Made by a program: the position numbers and the translations under genes
Notes under the pieces: generated by a model
What the model was told of the DNA's origin: nothing
What the model saw: only the letters and a program-made list of their open reading frames with translations
Database searches by the model: none
In this document: positions 54,494 through 62,767 of the stretch, piece after piece
Numbering within the stretch: position 1 is the stretch's first letter
How the letters are laid out: every line of letters starts with the position of its first letter
Assembly: GCA_964344355.1 (NCBI GenBank)
Contig: CAYFNE010000020.1
Location: forward strand, 120-64,119
DNA length: 64,000 nt
Direction of reading: 5' to 3'
Source of the DNA: an uncultured Magnetococcales bacterium
GTDB lineage: Bacteria > Pseudomonadota > Magnetococcia > Magnetococcales > CAYFNE01

Positions 54494-54986
54494 CCCCCGT
54501 CTGGCCTTCCTGCTGGCGCTGCTCCTGCCGCTGTCCGGCTGTCTGGATGGCAAACCATTGGAGCCATTGCGCACCGGTGACCCGGCGCCGCCCTTCTCCC
54601 TGACCCTGACCAACGGCAAGACGGTCCGCACCCTGGCGGACTATCGCGGCAAGGGACTGGTGGTCACCTTCATGTCCTCCTGGTGCCCCTGCTCCAACGA
54701 CTCGCTGCCGATGTTCGCCGCCCAACACGCCCGCCACAAAGAACATATCGAATTTTTGATGGTCGGCATCCAGGAGGCGGAGAGCAAATTCAACCAATTC
54801 GTCAAAAACAAAAAAATCCCCTACGCCACCGCCTACGACACCGCCGGCATGGCCCGTGAATATGGGGTCAACGCCCCGCCGACCACGGTGTTCATCGATG
54901 CGGACGGCATGGTAAAACGGTTTTTCTACGGCAACATCAAGGATCACCAGGCCGATTTCCCACGCTGGGTCGAGGAGGTGCTGTAA
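54471..54986 (+). CDS. TlpA-like thioredoxin-fold lipoprotein with CPC in place of CXXC
   Basis: Lipobox 'LPLSGC'. 'FMSSWCPCSND' (nt 54684-54692). Confidence 0.75.
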   Translation: MNWTKFFNPRLAFLLALLLPLSGCLDGKPLEPLRTGDPAPPFSLTLTNGKTVRTLADYRGKGLVVTFMSSWCPCSNDSLPMFAAQHARHKEHIEFLMVGIQEAESKFNQFVKNKKIPYATAYDTAGMAREYGVNAPPTTVFIDADGMVKRFFYGNIKDHQADFPRWVEEVL

Positions 54987-55687
54987 TGGGTTTTCCGGAA
55001 GCGGTCTGGGGGGGATTTTCCTCTTTTTACTCCATCTGGCAGGTTTGTATTCTACAAATCAGCCCTTTTTTCCTCGTCTATCTGACCGGTCTGTTCCTCG
55101 CCGCCCGCAGTGTCGGCCTCGATCCCGGCGTCGGCCGCTGGGTACTGGTGCCCGGCGCGGCCTATACGGTGGGATTTTCCATCCTTTTCGCCATTAAATC
55201 CTCCACCGGTTTTTACATCGGTCGCTATTTGAACTATCACATCGAGGCGTTGAGTGCCGGTGCCGGTTTCATCTTTCTCCTGTTGGCCGTGCATCTGTTG
55301 TTGAGCGGCCGTCCGGCCTGGATGGCGCGGTTAAACACCCTGCCGTTGGCGGCGGTATACGGTCTGTTGATCGGCCTCACCTTCGCCCTCATCTACTCCC
55401 CCTGCATCACCCCGACCCTCTCCACCATTCTCGGCATGTCGGTGCGTCCGGAGTTGGCATCCAAAGGCAGTGTGTTGGCCTTGGCCTATGGTCTGGGCAT
55501 GAGTTTGGCCTTCCTCCTCGCCGGCGCCATTTTAATCACGGTTTTGAACCGTTGGCCGGCGGTGCGAAACCGGCAACGGTGGATACTGGATGGTTGTGGC
55601 GTGGTGATGTTGATCCTGGCCGGCATGAACATCAGCGGTGTGATGGTCTACTACAAGGCCTTTTTCCTCGGTCTGCTGGTACAATGA
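54986..55687 (+). CDS. ccdA: CcdA/DsbD-family thiol-disulfide transporter
   Basis: Six TM segments with membrane-embedded Cys residues in 'IWQVCILQISPFF' and 'LIYSPCITPTL'. Confidence 0.8.
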   Translation: MGFPEAVWGGFSSFYSIWQVCILQISPFFLVYLTGLFLAARSVGLDPGVGRWVLVPGAAYTVGFSILFAIKSSTGFYIGRYLNYHIEALSAGAGFIFLLLAVHLLLSGRPAWMARLNTLPLAAVYGLLIGLTFALIYSPCITPTLSTILGMSVRPELASKGSVLALAYGLGMSLAFLLAGAILITVLNRWPAVRNRQRWILDGCGVVMLILAGMNISGVMVYYKAFFLGLLVQ

Positions 55688-55935
55688 ACCGCGGACCGGT
55701 CAGACTGCCGCCGGGGTTGAAAAAACAGATATTCGGCACGGTACTGCTGGCCATCGGTCTGTTCAACATCACCCTGGACAACGCCCTGGGCCGGAATCCG
55801 GACCTGTTTCATTCGTTGCTGGTGGTGGTCGGGCTGCCGTTGTTCATTTTCGGTGGTTGGCAAAAAAAACAGTCCGGGAGAGAAACGCCCCCGGAAACCA
55901 ACGGCCTCCGCCCGCCACCCCCGGAAACAGGATGA
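55684..55935 (+). CDS. Small two-TM membrane protein
   Basis: ATGA overlap with the ccdA stop. 'IFGTVLLAIGLFNITL' and 'LLVVVGLPLFIFGGW'. Confidence 0.5.
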   Translation: MNRGPVRLPPGLKKQIFGTVLLAIGLFNITLDNALGRNPDLFHSLLVVVGLPLFIFGGWQKKQSGRETPPETNGLRPPPPETG

Positions 55936-55968
55936 AGGAACGGACGCCGCTGGTGGCTTTTCGCCGCT

Positions 55969-56487
55969 TTAGCGGGGAAATTGTGGCATGATGCCGGTGC
56001 GCATCGCCTCGACATCGCGCACGCCGCGATTGCCGACCTGACGATACCAGAGGGAATCCTTCATCTGCGCCGCCGCCTCCGGCCAATCCCGCCGCTCGAC
56101 GGCGGCGATCATGTTCTTGAACTTCGACAGACCGGCCTTGCCAAGGTTGAACACCATATCGATCAAAACGATCTGCCGGGTTTGATCGAGTTCATCGAAA
56201 TTGTTGATGATCGACCGGGCCCCGGCCTCGGCCACCTCGATCTCCTCGTCGAGCAGGGTATCGATCTGGGCATCGGTCAATTCAATCTTTCCGGCCACCA
56301 GGGCGTCATAATCGATGCCCATGGATTCAATCTTTTCCCGGGCGCCGCTCTTTTCCAGATTATAACCGACACCGACGGTCCAGATGCCCCGGGAGTCCTT
56401 GTAGGCCTGTTTCCGACGCCCTTCGTTAAAAGATATATAATCTCGCAGCAACTTCTGAAAATTTTCAGTCGACAATTTTTCAGGCAT
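55969..56487 (-). CDS. GH24 (T4-type) lysozyme
   Basis: 'EGRRKQAYKDSRGIWTVGVGYN' aligns with T4 lysozyme '[21 protein letters not shown]' (Glu-Asp-Thr triad). ATG at 56487 after AAAGGA. Confidence 0.85.
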   Translation of the reverse strand: MPEKLSTENFQKLLRDYISFNEGRRKQAYKDSRGIWTVGVGYNLEKSGAREKIESMGIDYDALVAGKIELTDAQIDTLLDEEIEVAEAGARSIINNFDELDQTRQIVLIDMVFNLGKAGLSKFKNMIAAVERRDWPEAAAQMKDSLWYRQVGNRGVRDVEAMRTGIMPQFPR

Positions 56488-56978
56488 GACCCCATATCCT
56501 TTCTTCTTTTGATTTGATTGAATTTTTCCCAAGGACGTCACAAGGTCAGCCGGCACATTCTCGATTGCTCACCCGGTGATTCGCCCGCAGTAGACGCTTT
56601 TTAAACACTTTTTATTGTCAATACTCTGGCACATTAATCTTATTGTTGTCAAGCGGCAACCATACCCCGCAACGATTCCATATCCCCGTCCGAGCACGTT
56701 TTTTGATGATATATCGAGAGCTATCGATCATTTCCCGCCTCAACTTCGGCCAGCCAACCACACCGGCCCATGGCAAGGCCCTGCCGGCCACCCGTTGCAT
56801 TTGCCAGAGGTCTTAACCGTTGCAATGGAAAGATGTCCCAATGGATGGAAGGCACTCTGGAAGCTGAAAAAATTGTTTTTACTTTCATTAATTTGGGTCC
56901 AGGGGTTGGCCCCCTGGCGGGTGTGGGCGGCGCCCACGGTTTTGACTTTGATTCTGACTTTGCGCGTTTTTCACAATA

Positions 56979-57008
56979 GCGCCTTTTGCGCTTCTCAGCA
57001 AAAGGCGC
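56979..57008. other. Perfect 11-bp stem hairpin
   Basis: GCGCCTTTTGC-(8 nt)-GCAAAAGGCGC read directly. Confidence 0.6.
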
Positions 57009-57055
57009 GCAAACGCGAATCAGACAGTCACCGGCGCTTTTACCGGCGAGCCTCG

Positions 57056-57094
57056 GAATGCCATGTTGCGCGGTTTTTTCGCAACATGGCATTC
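57056..57094. other. Perfect 15-bp stem hairpin downstream of the formate dehydrogenase gene
   Basis: GAATGCCATGTTGCG-(9 nt)-CGCAACATGGCATTC read directly. No flanking U-tract on either strand. Confidence 0.6.
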
Positions 57095-57160
57095 GCTTTG
57101 CCCGTCGTCGGAACAGGTCGCTGACATCAGGCCATTGTTAAATTGATACGGTATTACCGT

Positions 57161-59887
57161 TCAGGCCTTTTTCAGCCGAACCGGCGTCACCTTGTATTCC
57201 GGGCAGGCGGTATATTCATCGGCGGCCTCCCCGACCAACAGATTGGTACGGGTTTCCGGAAAATGGAACGCCATGAACAGCAGGCCGGGATTGGTCAGAT
57301 CGCTGACCTCGGCCGGCACCGATACGCTGCCCTGGCGGGAGGTGAGCGTCTCCCGGTCACCGCTACGAATGGCCAATGCCGCCGCATCGGCCGGATGGAT
57401 GCGCACCCGCTCCTCCCCGGCGCCGTCCAGTTGGATGATGGGCGTGCGGCGGGTCATGGTGCCGACGTTGTAGTGGAACAGGATGCGACCGGTGGTGAGC
57501 ATGAACGGATAGTCGGCATCCCGGGCCGGCATCACTCCCCGCCACGGGGTCGGCGTCAACCGGGCGCGGCCGCGTAAAAACTTTCCATCACGGTGGACGA
57601 TATCGGTGCCCGGATGGTCCGGATGCGGACAGGGCCATTGCAGAAAGCCCAAGGTTTCCAACCGTTGATAATCGACACCACCCCAGTTGGGCGTGAGGGT
57701 GGCGATTTCACTCATGATTTTTGCCGGATCGGCCGGCGTGCCGGGGCCGGCGTCGAAACCGAGGTCGACACCCATGGCCCGGGCCAGGCGGTTGCCGATA
57801 TCCCCATCGGTCAAGGCCGCCGCCGGCGGCTCCAGTGCCGGCCGCAGCCGTTGAATGCGCCGGTCGCTGTTGACGAAGGTCCCCGATTTTTCCAAAAAGG
57901 AGGCGGCCGGCAACACCACATCGGCCAAACGGGCCGATTCTGTCATAAACAGTTCCTGGACCACCAAAAAATCCAACCCCTTCAGGGCCGCGACCACACC
58001 ACCGCTGTCGGGATCGGACTGGGCCGGATCCTGGGCGACCAGATAAAGACCCTTGAGCCGGTCGGCGCGGGCGGCGGTCAACATTTCCGGCATTTTCAAA
58101 CCGACCGCCGCCGGTGGTTCCTCCCCCCAAACCCGCCGATGGCGTTGGCGGATCGATTCATCGGTCACCGGTTGATAATCACTGAACACATTGGGCAGGG
58201 CGCCCATGTCACAGGCGCCCTGGACATTGTTTTGACCACGGATGGGACTGGCCCCGGTCCCCTCCCGGCCCAGGTTGCCGGTCATGACGGCCAGATTGAT
58301 CAAACCGAAGGCGGCCACCGTGCCCTGGCAGGCTTCGGTAATGCCCAACCCCCAGAGGATCTGCGCCCGCGCCCCGGCGGCGTACAGGCGGACCGCCCGG
58401 CGGATCTCCCCGGCCGGCACCCCGGAAATATCGGCGGCCCAATCGACCGTAGAGCCCCGCAACGATGTTTTCAGCGTTTCGAACCCCTCGGCATGATCCC
58501 GAATGAACGCCGCATCCTGGAGCCCTTCTTCGATCAACAGGGATTGCATGGCGTTGATGACGGCGACATTGCTGCCGGGTCGCAACGGCAAGTGGATGTC
58601 GGCCAGGCGGGCCAGTTCGGTGTTGCGCGGATCGATGACGATGAGCCGGCAACCGTTGCCGACCGCCCGTTTGATGCGCGCCCCCAGGACCGGATGCGCC
58701 TCGGTGGGGTTGGCGCCCACCACCATCAGCACATCCGACCGGTCGATGTCTTCGAAACTGTTGGTGCCGGCGCCGGTGCCCAGGGCCGCGCCCAGGGCGA
58801 AGGCCGATGGGGAGTGGCAAACCCGGGCGCAGTTGTCGATGTTGTTGCTGCGGAACACCACCCGCGCCAGCTTTTGCAGCAAAAAATTTTCCTCATTGGT
58901 GCAGCGGGCCGAACTCACCACCCCCAGGGCGGCGCCACCATGACGATCGCGAATCTCCCCGAACCGCCGGGCGATCAGCGTGATGGCCTCCTCCCAGCCG
59001 CTTTCCCGGAAACGGCCATCCACCCCCCGGATCAACGGCGCCCGCAACCGGTCCGGGGCGTTGATGAAATGAAAACCGAACCGGCCCTTGACGCAGGCGT
59101 GGCCACGGTTGGCCGACCCGGTCGGGTCCGGTTCCATGCGGACGATACGGTCGTCTTTCACGCCGACCCGCAGTTTGCAACCGACGGCACAATATCCGCA
59201 GACGGTTTCGACGCTGCGGTCGACGGCGCCGGCATGGCCATCCCGCAACGCCCCGGTGGGACATTCGAAAACACATTGACCACAGGCAACGCAACCGGCC
59301 GCCGCCAGGGAGCCGTCGATGCCGGCGGTCAACCGTTGCCGCCCACCGCGTCCGGTGAAGCCCAGCACGTTCTGCCCCTGCAGGTCCCGGCAGGCGCGCA
59401 CGCAAAGGCCGCATTGAATGCACAGGTCGGTACGGAGGTGAATGAACGGATGACGATCATCGACCGGCAGCGGCGGGAGCGGTAGTGACGTTGTCGACGG
59501 CGAAAATCCCATCCCTTCCGCCACCCGTTGCAATCGGCAATCATCCTCGGCCACGCACCCCCGGCAGTTCAGGGGATGGGTACGCAGGATCATGGCCATG
59601 TTGGCGCGGCGGATGCGCCGCAACCGGTCCGAATCGGTGACATAGACCGCCCCCTCCCGAACCGGCGCCGCACAGGCGGGCACCAGAGCGGCGTCCCCCT
59701 CCTCGACCAGACAGATACGGCAGCCGGCACCGGGTTGCAACCGTTCGGAATGGCACAGGGTCGGCAGGTCCCGGCCCAAACCATGCAGCGCCATCAAGAC
59801 GGTAGCGGTGGCGGCCACGGTCACCCGTTCACCATCGATGGTGGCGGTGACGCTCCCTGTTTGATCATTGCCCACGGATTTCATCAT
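57161..59887 (-). CDS. Formate dehydrogenase alpha subunit, NuoG-fused type, Cys (not Sec) at the active site
   Basis: N-terminal 2Fe-2S 'CHSERLQPGAGCRICLV', 'HPLNCRGCVAEDDC', two 4Fe-4S 'CIQCGLCVRAC' and 'CVACGQCVFECP', Mo-bisPGD 'CGYCAVGCKL', active-site 'ARVCHSPS'. Confidence 0.9.
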   Translation of the reverse strand: MMKSVGNDQTGSVTATIDGERVTVAATATVLMALHGLGRDLPTLCHSERLQPGAGCRICLVEEGDAALVPACAAPVREGAVYVTDSDRLRRIRRANMAMILRTHPLNCRGCVAEDDCRLQRVAEGMGFSPSTTSLPLPPLPVDDRHPFIHLRTDLCIQCGLCVRACRDLQGQNVLGFTGRGGRQRLTAGIDGSLAAAGCVACGQCVFECPTGALRDGHAGAVDRSVETVCGYCAVGCKLRVGVKDDRIVRMEPDPTGSANRGHACVKGRFGFHFINAPDRLRAPLIRGVDGRFRESGWEEAITLIARRFGEIRDRHGGAALGVVSSARCTNEENFLLQKLARVVFRSNNIDNCARVCHSPSAFALGAALGTGAGTNSFEDIDRSDVLMVVGANPTEAHPVLGARIKRAVGNGCRLIVIDPRNTELARLADIHLPLRPGSNVAVINAMQSLLIEEGLQDAAFIRDHAEGFETLKTSLRGSTVDWAADISGVPAGEIRRAVRLYAAGARAQILWGLGITEACQGTVAAFGLINLAVMTGNLGREGTGASPIRGQNNVQGACDMGALPNVFSDYQPVTDESIRQRHRRVWGEEPPAAVGLKMPEMLTAARADRLKGLYLVAQDPAQSDPDSGGVVAALKGLDFLVVQELFMTESARLADVVLPAASFLEKSGTFVNSDRRIQRLRPALEPPAAALTDGDIGNRLARAMGVDLGFDAGPGTPADPAKIMSEIATLTPNWGGVDYQRLETLGFLQWPCPHPDHPGTDIVHRDGKFLRGRARLTPTPWRGVMPARDADYPFMLTTGRILFHYNVGTMTRRTPIIQLDGAGEERVRIHPADAAALAIRSGDRETLTSRQGSVSVPAEVSDLTNPGLLFMAFHFPETRTNLLVGEAADEYTACPEYKVTPVRLKKA

Positions 59888-60424
59888 GGAACCAGTTTAA
59901 TCGACCGAACCGGTCCGGTCATGGATCGATCTTCCCGGAGGACGTTTCGTTTTTTTTCTTTTCGCCGATATGTTTGGCGACAATGATGGAAAGATTGGCC
60001 GTGAACCGGTCGGGTGGATACGGTCGGTAGCGACACGAACTCGATATCTCGATGTACGAATGGTTTTTCAGTCAACGGCGATCACATTCCACTCAACCGT
60101 GTCAAACCGTGGTTTCCATGGATGATATGAATGACCCGAAAGATCCGAACCGGCTTTCCGGAGAGGGTGTGATTCCAGGACAAAATACCGCCAGGTAACC
60201 GCCGAACACTTCAGGATCGCCCCCCCTGTGTAACGATCGATAAAGGATGCATAAAGAGCGGTGGGGCGTTTGTGGAGAGGAGAGCAATACTCGGTCATTG
60301 CAGGGCGAGCGGCAGAGCAATGACAGGAAAAGGTATCAATCACCCCCTCCGGGCTGGATATTTTTTTCATCCAGCCCGGGAGGAGAAAGGGGGAAACCGA
60401 TCGGCGGACAACGACCGGTAGGGT

Positions 60425-60784
60425 TCAATCTTCCTGTTCGATCAGCAGATCGTCGCGTTTTTTGCCTTTTTTCCTTTCATAGTCCAGGACCCACTGTGGG
60501 GCACGGCCTTTTCCGGACCAGGTTTTGTCGGGATCTTCGGGGTTGCGATATTTCGGCGGCAGCTTTATGCCTTTGTCAGCCCTGGGTTTTCTGCCGCTGC
60601 CCTCTACCACATCGGCAACGCTGCTATACCCGGCTTCCTTGGCCAAAGCATTCATTTTTTTGAGAATATCACTCTTTTTTACCCGTTGTATTTTGGAAAT
60701 TTGCTTCTCGACGTCACCCTTGAGAGCGACCAGCTCTTCCAATGAGAGCTCATTAAGATCGATGGTATTTTTTTTCGTAGTCAT
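60425..60784 (-). CDS. H-NS-like nucleoid-associated protein
   Basis: N-terminal coiled coil 'LSLEELVALKGDVEKQISKIQ'. C-terminal 'YRNPEDPDKTWSGKGRAPQW' H-NS DNA-binding motif. AT-rich flanks. ATG at 60784. Confidence 0.85.
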   Translation of the reverse strand: MTTKKNTIDLNELSLEELVALKGDVEKQISKIQRVKKSDILKKMNALAKEAGYSSVADVVEGSGRKPRADKGIKLPPKYRNPEDPDKTWSGKGRAPQWVLDYERKKGKKRDDLLIEQED

Positions 60785-61498
60785 TTTTCCCGCGTTTCCT
60801 CTTGAGTTATTTGATAATGAAAGAGACACAACACTATCTACTAGCAATTTTCCCCTCTGTCAATAAACAAAGCCGTTCAAAAAACGTTTTTTTATGATTT
60901 TTCCCAGTGGCATAGTGCAAACTCGTCCTGGTTGGTAAAAAATTCACCGAGGTGAACAGATGGTGCCGTACTCGACAATCAACATGATTGCCGGTCATTC
61001 ATGGCCAAAATAGACCGGAAATGAGGTAAACTATTTTTTACCATTTCCACAACCGGACCCGCCCGGAAACCGACAATTCATGCCGCCATGAATGATATTT
61101 CGCCACACATCGTCAAGCCGGACAACGATTACGATACCGGCCATATACCGAAGCGGGCACATCGGCCAAGTAACGAATGGCATCACCGGTAACAAGGCCC
61201 GACAAAACCACGATCATTCCCCGAATCGGGAGGCAATGGATTACGATAAAACCGTCAAGGGACGACGATATTCATGGCAGTTGCCGGCTGTGTGGCGAAT
61301 GGGTAACGGGGGGTATGGGGTTTCCCCATGAAAAGACCGTTGGGCGGATGCCGGGCGGTCGACGATGACAGGCGGTGCATGGATGGGTAGCCGCTGAAAG
61401 GCGGCGCTTTTCAAGAGACCGATGCAAAAAAAGGTCCCTTGGTGACCATTCGGCGGCAGAGCCGGAAACGGCAATCATCCGCCGAAGGTCCTGAATGG

Positions 61499-62518
61499 TC
61501 AGAGCAGGTTTTCAAAATAGGGAATGGTTTTTTTCAGTCCGTTCTCCAGATCGGTTTCCGGCTGCCAACCCAGTGTTTTTTGGGCCAGGGTGATATCGGG
61601 CTGACGTTGTTTGGGGTCGTCCATCGGCAGCGGTTGGTGAACCAATGGGGAGCGGGAACCGGTCAGCTCGATCACCTTTTCCGCCAATTCACGGATGGTG
61701 AACTCATCGGGATTGCCGATGTTGATCGGCCCGGTAAAACCATCCGGGGTGTTCATGATGCGGATGATGGCCTCGATCAGATCATCGACATAACAGAAGG
61801 AGCGGGTCTGGCGGCCGTCGCCGAACAGGGTGATCGGTTCGTTGCGCAACGCCTGGAGAATAAAATTGGAGACCACCCGGCCATCGTTTGGGTGCATGCG
61901 GGGCCCATAGGTATTGAATATCCGCGCCACCTTGATCAGCAGATGGTGTTGACGGCCATAATCGAAAAACAGGGTTTCGGCGCACCGTTTGCCTTCATCA
62001 TAGCAGGCCCGGGGACCGATGGGATTGACATGTCCCCAATATGCCTCACGCTGGGGATGCTCCCTGGGATCACCATAAACCTCACTGGTGGAGGCCTGGA
62101 AAATTTTCGCCCGAACCCGCTTGGCCAACCCCAACATGTTGATGGCGCCGTGGACGCTGGTTTTGGTGGTCTGAACCGGGTTCCACTGATAGTGGATGGG
62201 AGAGGCGGGACAGGCCAGATTGTAGATTTCATCCACTTCCACATAGAGTGGAAAGGTCACATCGTGGCGCAACAACTCAAAACGGTGATAATCCATGAGA
62301 TGCCGCACATTATCCTTGGTGCCGGTAAAATAATTATCCAGGCAGATGATGTCATGGCCCTCTTTCAGAAGACGTTCACAGAGATGAGAACCGAGAAATC
62401 CGGCGCCCCCGGTCACCAAAATACGTTTGCATGGCAGGTCGCGCATGGAAATTCGGTCCTCGGTTTCAGGTTCAGGGTCCACCCGTTTCATGGAATTCCG
62501 ACAAATCGGGCCACTCAT
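61499..62518 (-). CDS. UDP-glucuronate decarboxylase (UDP-xylose synthase, SDR family)
   Basis: '[19 protein letters not shown]', 'ICLDNYFTG', 'STSEVYGDP', '[11 protein letters not shown]', '[10 protein letters not shown]'. Start is ambiguous (62518, 62491 or 62446). Confidence 0.85.
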   Translation of the reverse strand: MSGPICRNSMKRVDPEPETEDRISMRDLPCKRILVTGGAGFLGSHLCERLLKEGHDIICLDNYFTGTKDNVRHLMDYHRFELLRHDVTFPLYVEVDEIYNLACPASPIHYQWNPVQTTKTSVHGAINMLGLAKRVRAKIFQASTSEVYGDPREHPQREAYWGHVNPIGPRACYDEGKRCAETLFFDYGRQHHLLIKVARIFNTYGPRMHPNDGRVVSNFILQALRNEPITLFGDGRQTRSFCYVDDLIEAIIRIMNTPDGFTGPINIGNPDEFTIRELAEKVIELTGSRSPLVHQPLPMDDPKQRQPDITLAQKTLGWQPETDLENGLKKTIPYFENLL

Positions 62519-62767
62519 TCAGAATAGCAACAGTTCCCCCAGCCCGCCAGAACCTTGCGCTGCCGCCACCCGTTGCCGATAGCGGATCGATGAAACGAAT
62601 CCCGCCGCCAGATCATCATCGGAACGTTTGAGAATCGCTCCCCGGATTGATCCAATCCATTGAATGGAATAACGTGTATAATTTCTTTTTTTTCAGCATA
62701 TGCGGAATTCCATATCGATCCCCCTTCTCCGGCCGAGGCATCGAACATCCGCGGAAAGAAGGAAACC

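Noticed and set aside
36432-55935. Searched the nosZ-like operon for NosD (beta-helix repeats), NosL, NosR/NosGH (FeS/flavin) and a Rieske CxH...CxxH protein.
   Set aside because: None was recognisable in any of the called products, so they are reported as absent from this window rather than annotated. They could exist elsewhere in the genome.
57161-59887. Selenocysteine recoding in the formate dehydrogenase.
   Set aside because: The ORF is uninterrupted, and the active-site position reads Cys in 'ARVCHSPS'. There is no in-frame TGA and no need for a SECIS element.
56615-61478. ORFs in the non-coding gaps (56615..57124+, 56721..57092-, 60068..60370-, 60247..60663+, 61092..61331+, 61241..61474-).
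   Set aside because: They have no recognisable domains, atypical composition and no RBS. Several overlap hairpins or each other.
55969-61498. Calling this stretch a prophage remnant or genomic island (mobile_element).
   Set aside because: It has no integrase, transposase, tRNA attachment site, terminal repeats or phage structural genes. I kept it as a low-confidence observation only.
62519-62767. Purine riboswitch upstream of the NCS2 purine permease.
   Set aside because: I could not find the conserved three-way-junction core or a plausible P1 stem. Only a TATAAT hexamer (62685-62690) stands out.
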